Below are positions 31,515 to 47,700 of a stretch of 64,000 nt of DNA, one piece after another (position 1 is the stretch's first letter; every line of letters begins with the position of its first letter). Made by a program: the position numbers and the translations under genes. Source of the DNA: the human T2T-CHM13v2.0 reference genome, Homo sapiens. The notes beneath the pieces were generated by a model. It was not told where the DNA came from and ran no database searches. It worked only from the letters and a program-made list of their open reading frames with translations. The stretch lies in NCBI RefSeq assembly GCF_009914755.1, contig NC_060933.1. One strand, written 5' to 3'.

Positions 31515-32523
31515 TGTAGGGTCCAGCCCCACAGGGTCGGTAGGTCTCTCCCTGTGTGCGGCGACGAGAGAGTGTAGAAATAAAGACACAAGACAAAGAG
31601 ACGAGAAAAGGCAGCTGGGCCCGGGGGACCACTACCACCAATGCGCGGAGACCGGTAGTGGCCCCGAATGTCTGGCTGCACTGTTATTTATTGGATACAA
31701 GGCAGAAGGGGCAGGGTAAAGAATGTCAGTCACCTCCAATGATAGGTAAGGTCACGTGGGTCACGTGTCCACTGGACAGGGGGCCCTTCCCTGCCTGGCA
31801 GCGGAGGCAGAGAGGGAGAGGAGACAAAGAGAAAGACAGCTTACGCCATTATTTCTGCATATCAGGGACTATTAGTATTTTCACTAATTGACTACTGCTA
31901 TCTGGAAGGCAGAGCCAGGTGTACAGGATGGAACATGAAGGCGGACTAGGAGCGTGACCACTGAAGCACAGCATCACAGGGAGACAGGCCTCCAGATAAC
32001 TGCGGGCGAGCCTGACTGATGTCAGGCCCTCCACAAGAGGTGGAGGAGCAGAGCCTTCTCTAAACTCCCCCGGGGAAAGAGAGACCCCCACCCTCCCTTT
32101 CCCGGTCTGCTAAGTAGCAGGTGTTGTTCCTTGACACCTTTTGCTACCGCTGGACCATGATCCGCCTGGTAACGGGCGTCTTCCCAGATGCTGGCGTCAC
32201 CGCTAGACCAAGGAGCCCTCTGGTGGCCCTGTGTGGGCATAACAGAAGGCTCGCACTCTTGTCTTCTGGTCACACCTCACTATGTCCCCTCAGCTCCTAT
32301 CTCTGTATGGCCTGGTTTTTCCTAGGCTATGATTATAGAGCAAGGATTATCATAATATTGGAATAAAAAGTAATTGCTACAAACTAATGATTAATGATAG
32401 TCATATATAATCATATCTAAGATCTATATCTGGTATAACTATTCTTGTTTTATATTTTATTATACTGGAAGAGCTCGTGTCCTCTGTCTCTTGCCTCGGT
32501 GCCTGGGTGGCTTGCCGCCCACA
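31515..32523 (-). mobile_element. Solo LTR13 (ERVK class)
   Basis: Reverse complement begins TGTGGGCGGCAAGCCACCCAGG and ends ...GGACCCTACA; about 1.0 kb with TG...CA termini. Confidence 0.85.
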
Positions 32524-32676
32524 CACAAAAAAGATAAATGTTTGAGGTGATGAAGATCTTAATTTCCTTGATTTGATCATTACATGTTTCATACAGGTAT
32601 CAAAGTATCACATGTACCCCCAAAGTATGTACAACTATGATATATCATAAATAAATGAATAAATAAATAATAAAAG
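32524..32676 (+). mobile_element. L1MA-type 3' end with A-rich tail
   Basis: gataaatgtttgaggtgatg...cacatgtacccc...aataaataaat. Confidence 0.75.
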
Positions 32677-34844
32677 ACAGAAGCCTGACCATGCTATGTT
32701 CAATCCACAGCTATGCCCCTCACTGTGCACCTGATCTCCCCATCTCACGCCAGTTCCTGAGAGACAGGACAGAGAACAGGGGCAGGGCTGCCCTGCCCTA
32801 ACCACTGGTCTTCAGTTAGTTATCCTGGCAATACTTCCAAGGTGCCCTTCCCTGGTGCCCCCCACACTTGAGATAGCCCCGTCCTATCCCCCCACCCTGC
32901 AGGTGGGTCTGTGCAGAGGTGAGGTCACTGCTCCAAACCTCAATGGAGGGCACTGGGGCAGGTGTGCGCCATCCGTCACTGCACCCAAGGCCGTACACCA
33001 TGCAAGCAGTCCTTCTCCCTTTTCCACGTGGAGGCTTGTGCATCTGGGGACAGATTTCAGAATTTAGGATACCCTAGTCCCCTCTTCAGGGCTTTGTCAC
33101 CCACCTTTCATGTCCATAAAGCAGCAGAGCTTCTGTGGCCATGTCTCAGTACGTTTGATCCAGCATCAGCAAAGAAAGCCCAGTCTTTTGAAAGCCAGTG
33201 GTTGCAGTAGGCACATCCTCTCCAAGCCTATGCTCCCCAAGGTAGAGGTTAGCTATTTCTTGCCAAGTATGAATGCTGATTTCCAATGGCCATTAGGGAA
33301 TAGAACCCCCCACCCCAGGGAAGCAAAGCCACCCTCTTCCTCCTCCCCCTCACTCAGCTCCCATTATTGGCCTGCCTAAGGAGCACCTCTGGGCTCTCCT
33401 AAAAGAAGAAAAGCCACTGTGTCCTTGCAAGTCGCACCTTTGTCCCTTAGTTCCACGAAAAGCTGCTACATGCCTACAGTGTGCCAAGCACTGGGGCTCT
33501 CCCTGTGGCACCTCGTTACACGCTAGAAGGCAGGTGCTGTTCAGAAATTTCTGATGCTGTTGGTGTCCTGCACTCAAGATGCTTCCCAAAGCCAGATTCC
33601 ACTCACCGGCAGCCTCGCTGGGAGCACAGAGGGTTTCCTGATGCTCACACTCCACAGAGAAACAGGTGGAGACGTGTCCATCAGGGCGAGAAGGTGGCCA
33701 TTGGGAATAGGAAGGACATTCCCCCTGAGCCATGGCACAAGGGGAGGCAGCCATGGGGAGAGGACAGAGCAGGGAGAGCAAGAAGGAACCTGGGAAGGAA
33801 GGTCTCTTGGGTCCCTGGAAGCTCCAGGCTGGGCCACAGGGATCAAGGGGCACTCACTGGCCAGAGCTGAGAAACATCTGCTCCAGTCTCTGGATGCCTG
33901 CCTGTCCACCGCCAGCTGCTGGTGAGATGTTCTTGTTTGAGGGTAGATTTTATCTGCATAAGCTCCCCAGTGGTGAGGGTCCCAGGAAATGAGTGCTACA
34001 CAGACATTCATAAGGCAAAAAGCCTATCCCCACCCCCACCCCACGTTATAGATGCTCAGAGGAGACTGGTGTGACCAAGTTACCAGGTCCCAGGTGGGGC
34101 GGGACTGGCCCTAACAACCCCGGCATTCCAATATCCTGTCCAGTGTGTGCTCTGAGGTTGGAAGACCCCAGAGCACGGTCTGCTATCTTCTCAGCAGCTG
34201 CAGAGGTTATTGGAATCGTAACATGTCTCCAGGATGGGAAAGGAGGAAGCAGCAGTCGCCTACATCTCCCGGAAACCCTGCCAGGGACCAGATGTCGCAC
34301 AGGCTTCCCGGCACGCTTTGTGGAATCATCCAATCTGAAGTCAGGCCTCCCCAGGGTGCAAATCCTGGCTTCTGCCTTGGAGAATTATTAACTCTGGGTT
34401 TTTAAAGGCAGCCGCTTACATTCAGCTCTCAAAAGCATCAAAGGCATGAAGCACATAGGGTGCAGACTGCTATCATGCCAGGTCACATGATAGACGAGAA
34501 AGCAATCCCTGAGGTCAGAGTTGCTCCCACCAGGCCCACAAAAGAGGTTAATAAAGCATAAGGAAGCCTCTCAGAGAGGCCAGGTGGTGGAAGTTTTGCT
34601 GAACCTAGGGTGTCCAGGAAATGGATCATTTGGGGTTGTTTATGGATTGATGTCGCTCTGGTGAGTGGGTAGTAAGTAAATCCACCTCATATGGCTTTTT
34701 GTCAACCTTGAAGCTCACTAGTATAAACAGACCAGGCCAGATGTCCAGGTCCCCGGGAATAGTCAGGGGCATGACCCTTCTGCCCCTGGGCTGGCTGCCC
34801 TATTCGCTTCCAGCACCTCTTGATAACCCCCTTCCTTTCCCTTG

Positions 34845-35026
34845 ACCAATAGTTCCCAAACTGGGGTGCCTAGACCAGCAGCATCAGCATCGCCTGGGAG
34901 CTTGTCAGAATCGTGCATTCCCAGGTCCTCCCTACAACCACTGAATGCAAGTCCCTGGGGCACCTATACCTGCGTCTAACAAGCTCCCCAGCCATCCTGG
35001 TGCATCTGAATGTTTGAGAACCACTG
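34845..35026. mobile_element. MER5A-like hAT DNA transposon
   Basis: ccagcagcatcagcatcgcctgggagcttgtcagaat...tttgagaaccactg. Confidence 0.75.
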
Positions 35027-35207
35027 ACCTCTAGGCTAACTCCTGACTGGGCTCCCTGCTCCCACGGGTTTCTCCCTCCAAGTCATGTTTTCTACACACG
35101 CAGAATTGCCATTTCAAATCCCCTACTGCCATGTCACACTCTCCCTTATGTCTGGAGACCCCTCCATTGCCTTTTGAATAAATTCTCACCATTTTCAAGG
35201 CTCTTCA

Positions 35208-37985
35208 CTTTTTAAAAATTGTGGTAAAATACACATAACATGAAATTTACCATTTCATTTATTCTCAATATAGAGGTCAGTGGCATAAGCACACTCACAT
35301 TGTGGTACAACCATAACTCCTTTCCATCTCCAGAACTCTTTTTATCTTGTAAAACTGAAACTCTGTCCCCTTTACACACTAACTCCCCATTTCCCTTTTC
35401 CCCAGCCCCTAGCAACCACCATCCTGAGCTCTGTTTCTGTGAATTTGACTACTGAAGAGATCTTATGTAAGTGGAATCACAAAAAGCTATTCGTCCTTTT
35501 GTGACTGGCGTATTTCACTTAACAGAATACCTTTAAGGTTCACCTACGTTGTAGCATGTCAGAATTTCCTTCCTTTCTAAACCTGAATAATATTTCGTAA
35601 AATGTATATGCCACCTTCTGTTCATTCATTTATCAGTGGGCACTTGGGTAACTTTTTAAAATTGTGGTAAAATATACATAACACTAAATTCATCATCTTA
35701 CCCATTCTCAATATAGAGTTCATTGGCCTCAGTACATTCACATTGTTGTGCAACCATAACTACCTTCCATCTCCAGAATTCTTTTTATGTTGTAAAACTG
35801 AAACTCTGTCCCCATTACACACTAACTCCCCATTTCCACCACCTAACTGGTGGAAATAGCCTTTTGGCTATTTATTGTAAAAAAAAAAAATGCTGCTGTG
35901 AACTTAGGTGTACAAATATCTCTTCTCAACGCCCTGCTTTCAATTCTCTCATGGAATTCTCATCCAGGAGTGAAACTGCTGGATCACATGCTAATTTTAT
36001 TTTTAATTGTTGAGGAACTACCATACCGTTTTCCAAAAGGAGTGCCATAGAAACTATCCTTGCATTCCGGGAACAAATCCTACCTGGTCATGGTCTATGA
36101 TCATTTTAATGTGCTGTTGAATTGTTTGCTAGTATTTTGTTGAGGATTTTCGCAACAATATTCATTAGGGACATCGGTCTGCAGTTTTCTTTTGTTGTAG
36201 TGTCTTTGTCTGGCATGGGTATCAGGGTAATTCTGGCCTCATAGAATGAGTTTTAAAGTGGTCCTTCCTCTTCAGTGTCTTGGAAAAGTTTGAGAAGGAT
36301 TAGTATTATATTTTCTTTAAATATTTGGTAGAATTCACCAGTAAAACCATTAGGTCCTAGGCTTTTCTTTCTTGGGAGATTTTTGATTGCTACTCCAATC
36401 TCCTTTTGATTACTGATTTAATCTTCTTATTGGTCTGTTCAAATTTTGTATTTCTTCATAATTCAGTCTTGGTAGGTTGTATGTTTCTAGAAATTTATCC
36501 ATTTCTTCTATGTTATTCAATTCATTGGCATGTCATTGTTTATAATGTTCACTTATCATACTTTGCATTTATGTGGTATCAGTTGTAATGTCCCCTCTTT
36601 CATTTCTGATTTTATTTGAGACTTCTATCATAGTTAGTCTAGCTAAAGGTGTTTCAATTTTGTTTATCTTTTCAAAAACCCAACTCTCAGTTTCTTTAAT
36701 CTTTTGTATTATTTTCTAGTCTTTATTCCATTTATTTCTGCTCTGATCTTTGTTTTTGTCTTTCTTCCGCTAACCTTGGACCTAGTTTGTTCTTTTTCTA
36801 GTTCCTTCGGAGGTAAAGTCAAGTTGTTTATTTCTGACCTTTCTTTATTCTTAATGTAGACATTTATCAATATAAACTTTCCTCTTAGAAATGGTTTCAC
36901 TGCATCCCATAAACTTTGATGTGTGATATTTCCATTTTTATTTGTTTCCAGATATTTTTTGAATTCCCTTTTGATTTCTTCTTTGACCCACTGATTATTC
37001 AGGAGCTTCTTGCTTCATTTCCACTTTTGTGAATTTTTCAGTTTCCTCCTTTGATTGATTTCTAGTTTCATAACATTGTGGCTGGAAAAGATCCTTGATG
37101 TGATATCAATCTTCTTGAATTTGTTAAGACTAGTTTTATGGCCTAACATATGATATGTCCTGGAAAACATTCCCTGTGAGCCCTTGAGAAGAATGCCCCA
37201 TCTGCTGCTGTTGGATGCTATGTTCTGTATATGACTGTTAGGTCCATTTAGTGGAAAGTATAGTTCAAGCCCAGTGTTTCCTCTTGATTTTCTGTCTGGA
37301 CGGTCAGTCCATTATTGAGAGTGGGGTACTGAAGTTCCCTACTGCTGTTGTACTCCTGTCAATTTTTCCCTTCAGGGTTGCTAACATTCACTTTATATAT
37401 TTAGGTGCTCAATGGTGGGCATACATTTTTATATGCTGTATATCTGGGAATGTTTGAATTTCTCCCTCATTTTTGCATCTGTTGAAAGCCTTCGACTTTC
37501 TGCTTTATTTCTTCCCCTGATCCTTGTCCTGGTACCCCCTGCAGCTCTGACATATGGCAGCAGTCAGTACTGCCCCCAGGGTCTCCATCCTGATATCCCA
37601 AGCAGGCTGCCCTTCGCATCAACACTCCAAGATGCGTGGGACAGAAACCAGTTCCACAGGCAGCCCGCAGACAAGCCAGAACCCTGTAAACATGTTGCGG
37701 TCTTTCCCTTGTGTCCCCAGGGAGGTACCAGGAGTAGGGTGGCCTCCTCCTGACCGTGCTGGGAAGGAGGTGGGGCAGAGGTGAGCCAAATGCCACAACA
37801 TTTCCTGCTGCTTTGAGTGTGGTTTTGTCCTCATTGGGAGTTGGCGTGATTGCTGCAGATCCTTAACCAGTTCCTGGAGTTCCCACTAGGCGACCTGGAG
37901 CCATGCATTGCCCCTCGCCTGGTGCTTCCACAGAGGAGCAAGGGTCTACAGCACCCTAGGCCACTGTCCTGCTGACATCACTCCT
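35208..37985 (-). mobile_element. Old L1M (L1MB-like), internally deleted: 3' end, ORF2 remnant and probable 5' end
   Basis: L1MB 3' UTR motifs at 35210-36050; ORF2-like translation on the minus strand (LRGKFILINVYIKNKERSEINNL...KIRAEINGIK); 5'-end-like segment at 37500-37985. Confidence 0.8.
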
Positions 37986-38339
37986 GCACAGCCTTTCCCT
38001 TTCACTAAATCACATCAATACTGCCTTTCCTCTGATGAGGCCTCCCAACCTCCATCTGGCCTCTAGGGCCCTTGTGCACAGGTCTTTTTTATAACATGTG
38101 CCCCATTCTGTTCCAGCAGAATTGCTCTCCTTCTCCAAGCATGAGAACCCCTGGGGACTTGCTGGAGCCAGAGTCCCAGGATCATCTCCCTGTGAATCCA
38201 GGCAGAACATCTGGGCTAGAACCCAGAAATCCACGTCTCTAGCAAGTGCCGCTGGTGATTCTTAACAAGGAGCCTGTGGAACAATAGAGTCTTACTGAGA
38301 AATGTCATCTCCCAAACTCAGCGAAATTCTACGAGATAA

Positions 38340-38590
38340 AAGGGTGATTGCCAACATCTTTGCCCACTTACTGCATGCAGACACTGCTCTGCACACTAGA
38401 TGCATATTAGCTCAGTTAATCTTTCAGTAACCTGTGCAATCAGTCCTACTATCATCCCATTTTACAGATGAGAAAGCTGAGGCATAAAATGCTTAAGCAA
38501 TTTCCCCAGGTGACCTAGCTGGTAAGTAGAGGATTTCAGCTTGAGCCCAGGCCTTTATCTCCTTGCTCATAGTCTTCATAGCTCTGCTAT
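38340..38590. mobile_element. MIR SINE
   Basis: atcccattttacagatgagaaagctgaggc core. Confidence 0.7.
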
Positions 38591-40439
38591 ACGTGTTTAA
38601 TTATTCAAGGCTGTCCCCTCACAGATGTCATGATATTGTAGCATGCCAACAGGCCGCAGCCACTTGCACACCATAAAGGCCTCATCTCTGGCTATGCCCA
38701 CAGCAAAAAAAAAAAAAAAAAAAGTAAAAATTAAATAATGACTACTCCCACTAGGATATCCCTTCATGTAGACCAAGGGCCCTTTTTAAGCTCCTCACTC
38801 ATCCTGCCCAGGCAGCATTTGGTACTGTTGACTACAGGCTTCTGGAAGAGCTCTTTTGCCTGTGTTCTGATGAGGTATTCTCCAGCTCCTCTCACTGAGC
38901 TGTTTTTGTGGGTGCTCTCCTCTGCCCTTCCATGAAGTGCTGGTGTGCATGGGGGCTTGTATCTAAACCCTCTTCTCCTGGACAACCTCACCATCCACAT
39001 ACCAGCAACTCCCACCCCTGGGTGTTCTTCCCAGACCTGTCTTCTGCATCCCAGACGCAGACCACTGCTCGCTGCTTCTCTGTGGACAGGACTTTAACCT
39101 AACCAGCTCAGCATGTACGACGCTAAGCCGAGGGCCCACCTCCCAGGTATGCCTTCTTTCCAGCTCCCTGCCCATTACCCAGGCAGCTGTCCAACCAGAC
39201 ATGTTTGGGTTCTTACGGCTCTGAGGTGTGGTCTTGGACACATCGATCCTCATAAATGTTCCGTATGTATTGTAATCCACCAGGCTGAGCTCACTTTTCC
39301 ACTAAATCATGCCTAACTGACAGTGGCTGACCACAATCAGAGTTCATTTCGTCTTCACACAACATGACGAGGTGGCTGCTTCTCGTGACTGGGCAGTGAC
39401 TCAACAAAGCACCAGTGGTCCCAGCCCTACCTCTTACAGCCCTTCCCTCTACCGTGCCCTGGATCTTCTGGGTCACTTCTCATCACGCTCCAAAGCTCTG
39501 CTCAGACCTTCCCTCATCCAGAGACTGCTGCATGGTCCCTGCATCAAAATGGTGAGCTGTGGGACGGGACCACAGGGCCCCTTATGCAGAGCTGGTAGGA
39601 AGTTGAAGGAGCGCCTGGCTACACACCCCTCTCAGGATGCTGGTGTGTGGTAGAGGCTCAGAAATGGGCCTCTCCTGTTTCTCTGCACCACCGGTACCAC
39701 TGCTCCCCATTCACAGCCCTTTCCACACAGGGACAGCCCATGTGTTCCCTGCTCTCCCAAACACTGTGGGGCTGTGAGGACAGGGACTTTGTCTCCTGCC
39801 TCTGTCTCCCTGCGGCCCAGCACAGAGCCGCTCTCATGGTGGACATCAATAAATATGCACCCAAGGATTAACTGTAGAGAAAGGGATGACAATAAGAGAA
39901 GCAGTTCTAGGTAAGTGGTTCCCGAGCTTTAGTGTGCATCACAATGCCCTGGGCTGTTGGCTTCAATGCAGATTTCTGACTCTGTAGGTCCAGGTGGGGC
40001 CAGAGGCTACCACTGCTGGCCCTGCCACCCTTCCCTGGGAGCCCCTGTGTGATAGATGCTGAAATGGAGAGTATAAGATGTTGAGAAACCTTCCCCAAAC
40101 CGCTGAGGCTGACCCTTCAGGTGCCAAAAGTCACTTTCTGCCAGTCCACCTCCAACTTCAGCCACAGCTGCTGTGGACACTCTGGACAGCTCAGAGCCTC
40201 CTGGTGCAACATGGCCCCGCCCAAGGTCAGTGCACCTGTCAGCATCCTGTCCCTAGGGAACTCTGATGCCAGGGAAGCCTTCCAGATCTTACAAGCACAG
40301 CCCAGAGGGCAGAGGGATAACAGCCAGTGGAGCAGCAGAAAAACCTCCATTCCCACCCCTCAGGAGAGCGAGACCACCAGGCATGGGGCATTGGAAAGAA
40401 TCTTCCAGGGGCTGCCATGGTCCCTCCTTGATAATATGC

Positions 40440-41630
40440 CTCCCCCCACTGCGATGGGGGTCCCAAGAGACAGCGGGGGAAGAGGGGCTTGCTCTCAGTC
40501 CCCGCCTCTCGGGGGGTGACTCCCCCGCCTGTGATGGGGGTCCCAAGAGCCAGGGGGAGAAGAGGGGCTGGCTCTCAGTCCCCGCCTAGCAGGAGGTGAC
40601 TGCCCCCCCTGCGATGGGGGTCTTAAGAGCCAGTGGGGGAAGAGGGGCTGGCTCTCAGGCACCGCCTCGCGGGGGTGCCTCCCCCCCTGCGACCGGGGTC
40701 CCAAGTGCCAGGGGGGGAAGAGGGGCTGGCTGTCAGTCCCCGCCTCGCGGGGGGTGCATCACCCCCTTCGATGGGGGTCTTAAGAGCCAGGAGGGTAAGA
40801 GGAGCTGGCTCTCAGTCCCTGCGTCGCGGTGGGTGCCTCCCCCCCCTGCGATGGGAGTCCTAAGAGCCAGGCGGGTAAGAGGGGCTGGCTCTCAGTCCCT
40901 GCGTCGCGGTGGGTGCCTCCCCACCCTGCGATGGGGGTCCTAAGGGCCAGGGGGGGAAGAGGCGGAGAGGGTGATAATAATTCCAGCATCGCAGGCTGTT
41001 CACCCAGCATGGGAAATTGTCCTTGATATCCTGAAAGGGAGAGGATGCTCTTATTCCCCATAATAGACAGATATGACTCCCCATAATAGAGCACGATGTG
41101 TACACCCACCCTGTGATATTCTTCCTAATATTCAGAGGCCGAGAGGTTGGTATTACTCCCAATATCGCAGGAAGTATACACCCCCGTGTGAGATGGTCCT
41201 TAATAATATTCCAAGGCGGAGGGGGTGATATGACTACACAGATGGCAGAAAGTGGACACCCCCCAGGGATATTGTTCCCACGATGCTGGAGGGAAGAAGA
41301 TGATATGACTGTCAATATGACAGAAGGTGGACACGCCCCCACTCATATTGTTTCTAATTGCAACGTGGGAGAGGAGGATATGACACGCGATATCGCAGGG
41401 AGTAGAAACACCCCTGTGATACTGTTCTTAATATTCAGGGAGGAAGAGGATGATATTACTCCCAATACAGACGGGTGTACACCCTCTGTACACCGAGGGT
41501 GTACACCCGTCTGTGAAACAGTTCATAATCTCCAGAGGGAGAGATTATCTTACTCACAATATGGTAAACAGGCTGTGAGTCCACCGCGGATCCTAAGAGC
41601 CAGCGGGGGAAGAGGGGCTGGCTCTCAGTC
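40440..41630. repeat. SATR1/SATR2-like satellite: about 7 tandem ~79-bp GC-rich units (40440-40960), AT-mixed units (40960-41575) and one more GC unit
   Basis: Unit starts at ~40442, 40522, 40603, 40681, 40762, 40839 and 40919; motif gatattactcccaatatcgcagga...gtacaccc. Confidence 0.8.
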
Positions 41631-41901
41631 ACCACAGCATGGGGGGCCTTTATGTTCAGGTTTTGCCCAAGAGTCAGCTTATTTACTTCTTGTACTAGCA
41701 GGGCAGTTCTGCCAAGGCCCTCAAACAGGGGGGCCATCCTTTAGAAACCCTGTCTAGTTGTTTAGAGACTTAGGCCACCGGCCTCAGCCAGGGCCCCACA
41801 GTTTGGGTTAAAAGTCCAGCTGCCATCTTTTCTCTCTCTGACGCATACAATGGAAAAGGCTTTGTCAGATCGGGTAGCCCCAGGGCTGGGGCTGCCAGAA
41901 G
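41628..41901 (-). mobile_element. Gammaretrovirus-like ERV1 (HERV-E-like) pol fragment, RT-RNaseH connection region
   Basis: Minus strand translates to [81 protein letters not shown], with a stop and a frameshift. Confidence 0.85.
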
Positions 41902-42019
41902 TCAGATGTTTTTTTTCTTCTTGAATCTCTTTTGTAAGTTATAGTTTTCTGGGAAATTTCCCATTTCCTTATTTATTGCATTCTTTCGTTATCTTTTTAA
42001 TAGCTCTAGAACTCTATAG

Positions 42020-44725
<2,706 letters not shown>

Positions 44726-47700
44726 CTTTGTGGTAATTTGCTGTAGTAATTTGATGATTTGGGAAATTCTCAGCTTCTCTAGATTGCAGAAGATGCTAAC
44801 AATAGGAAATTCACTGTTAAGAAAGTGAACTCTTGAGAGAAAGCCAAGGGTGTGGCCTGCGGATGTGGGGAAGAGGTGGCCAAGCCAGGGGCCCCGGAGG
44901 TATGGGAAGGAAGGGACCTGAATCAAGGGAACCCAGCAGTGTGGGAGGAGGTAGTTCAGGACAGGGGACCCAAGAGTGTCAGGAAGAGGTGGGACCCAGT
45001 GGTGTGGGGAGGTGGCCCAGGACAGGGGGACCTCGGATTGTAGGCAGAACCTGGAGAACCACGAGACGCTTCAGTTGGGGCAGATCCAGGCTGAGCTCCC
45101 AGGGAGGGGCGCTTGGGACTGCAGTGACCTGGGAGAGGCCAGTGCCCACCCAAGGCCTGAGGGAGTCTGGGCCCAGGGAGAGGCACCCAGACCTGTGCCC
45201 TGCAGCCTTGGGCCTGCCCATCATGGCAATGCAGAGGGCTCCCCCTCCTGACAGGTGATTCTGAGAGTCACAGGACAGGGCAGGGAGTGGTCCTCCCTCC
45301 GGCCCAAGGTCTGGGCCACCAAACTTTGTACCCAGAAACTCACACTTCCCCCTCAGACCTCTGACCTGGGCCCTCTGAGAATCGGGCTGAGAAGGACAGT
45401 GGCCAGGTGAAGGCCAAGGTCTCTGGGTGTTCTCGGCATCTCCTGCTGCTCTGCCGCTGGCACTGCCCTCCCTTCCCCTCACCCAACTCTGCACTGGTCC
45501 AAGTTGTCCCCTCCTTTTGAAGGTGGACACGCTTTCCCTTTGGAGCGAGATCTGGTCCTCGCTGCCTGTCACAGCCTTGTTCATGTCCCCCTCCCCCAAA
45601 GAGGGAGGCTCAGCCATGGAACCCACCCCCTCAGCTGAAATAAACACGTGCTGCCAAGAAGGAGTGGGGGCTGGGTCTGCGATGTCCATCCACCACTGGG
45701 ATGAAGTGGAGGGCATAGAGGCTGCAGCCTGTTCCATCCTCAGCCCCCGCAGGGCACCAGAGGGGCTCCAGGCAGGAGGCTGTGTGTTGTGGTTCTGAAG
45801 CCAGGGATGTCTTCAGGGACATTTGGTCTCATTTGACCCTTCCGGAACCTATTACCCTGCCCCCTGGGCTGGGCACGCTCCTGGACTGTCCTGGGCTCTC
45901 GGGAGAACCAGCTTTCAGGAGAGCCAGACCGGTCCTCTCACCCAGCCACCTCTGATGGTGCCAGCGGAGGCCCAGCCAAGGACCTGGAGAGCAGGGAGCA
46001 CGGGAGCATGTGGGGTAACGCAGGGGTGGCCGCAGTGGAGATGCCCCTTTCCTGGGGTGCTGGGGGCTGCAGTCCGGGCAGGAGGGGTGCAGAGCTGGGA
46101 GGAGCATTGGTTTTGAGCAGCACCAGGACCATGTGGGACAGAGGCCTATGACAGAGGGACTGCGGCCCAGCTCCATGGGAGCCTGGCATCCACCACTGCC
46201 TGCCGCTGCCTGTGTCCACCCTAGACCCTGCTCAGAGCCTTGACGTCCACTCCGCTGCCACCTATGATCATTGTGGGCCCTCTTGCCCGCATAGGAGTCC
46301 AGGCTCTGGAGTAAAAGGCAGAGCACCCATCTAAGCAGCATGCCTGGGCCAGGCACCAAGGGATGGAACCAGCAAGGGCCCTGGGCCTAGACCTCAAGCA
46401 GCAGGGCCCGCTTCCCCCTGTCTGGTGGACCCCAGGGGTTCACCAGAGGGAGGAATCCAGTGGGTGTACTTGGGGGAGGGTTGGGAGGGGATTTTCACAG
46501 GCGGGCAGGGTCCCTGTCAGGTAGAAGGGGCAGGAGGACCTCAAGGCCCCTTGGCGAGCCTTGGCATGAGAGAGGATGGGGGTTGGAAAACTGTTTCTGG
46601 AAACAGGAGACTCAGCCCAAGACCCTGGCAGGGCAAGCTCCTCACACTAAACAGCCCCTCCCGTTCCTGGGTGTTTGAGAGTCGGGTGCCCAGCCCGGAC
46701 CTGCCGTGACCAAGGAGAGCTGATCTGCAGACACCAAGACTTCCTGCATCTGTGACTGGGCCTCCTGGGGGCATCTTGACTGTAGACTCCTTCCAGGTGT
46801 GGTACCTGGCTCCTAGAAGCCTAGCCAGTCACCTCCTGCCCAGCCTTCAAACACGTCAGAGGGTTAACCATTCATGGCCACGCTGAACACTACTCACAAG
46901 ATCCGGAAACCAGAATGGGGAGTCAGACTGGATTCCTGAGATGTAAGGACCGCCAGGAAGCATCTTGCTGCCTTCATGCATGGATGAGACCTGGGCCTCT
47001 CCATGGGAGGACAGGCTGCTGCAGTCTCCAGGGAGCACCCACTCTTGGGCGTGGAGAGTGGGGACAGCTGCCTGCCAGAGACTGCGAGGGGAGGTCGGGA
47101 GCAGCCGGAGTACTTCTGGTCTCTGGCCACGGAAAACCCAGGCAGGGACCTGTCTTTAAGCTCCTGCTGTTGCTAAGCCGACCTGCACAGCAGGACTTGG
47201 GAGCCCAGCCCAGCTCCTCTCAGGAGGGGCTTGGCCCCATTGCTTCTGTGTGGCTCGTTGAGGGCTCACTAGAGGCACCTGCAGCTCCTTGAGAGAAAGC
47301 AGGCCCAGTCCAGGGGCCACGGTGGAAACCATAGGAGGGGCCGAGGGGAGGCAGGTGGGTGCCTGTCATGCCATGCACAGTGCCACACGTGTCGTGGAGA
47401 TTGTCCCAAGAGCCCCGGGGTCCAGGGACTCCCCCAAGCGCTGAGCAGTGTGAACACTTGTGTACCCTCATTGGCTAGGGCCCAATGAATGGGGCCCAGT
47501 GGAAAGGGGGTGGGTGAGGAATGGGGCCCCAGTGTCCTGTTGACCCTGGAGCCCTTGGAGTCGGTCAAGTCTGAATGGGAGGTCTACACCACAGTCCTTA
47601 CCCAACCTTCCTAGTGCTGAGTCCTGAAGCTTGTGTGGTGGGACTATGTAGAGCTGACCCCCTCCCTGCAGCCCTGCTAGACTCTGAAGAGAGCCAAGGC

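Noticed and set aside
40440-40960. Regularly spaced ~79-bp repeats superficially like a CRISPR array
   Set aside because: Whole units repeat with no unique spacers, there are no cas genes, and the context is human; it is a satellite.
46791-46830. FQVWYLA resembling the lipocalin FQGKWY motif
   Set aside because: Lacks the GxW glycine and no matching neighbouring exons were found; probably chance.
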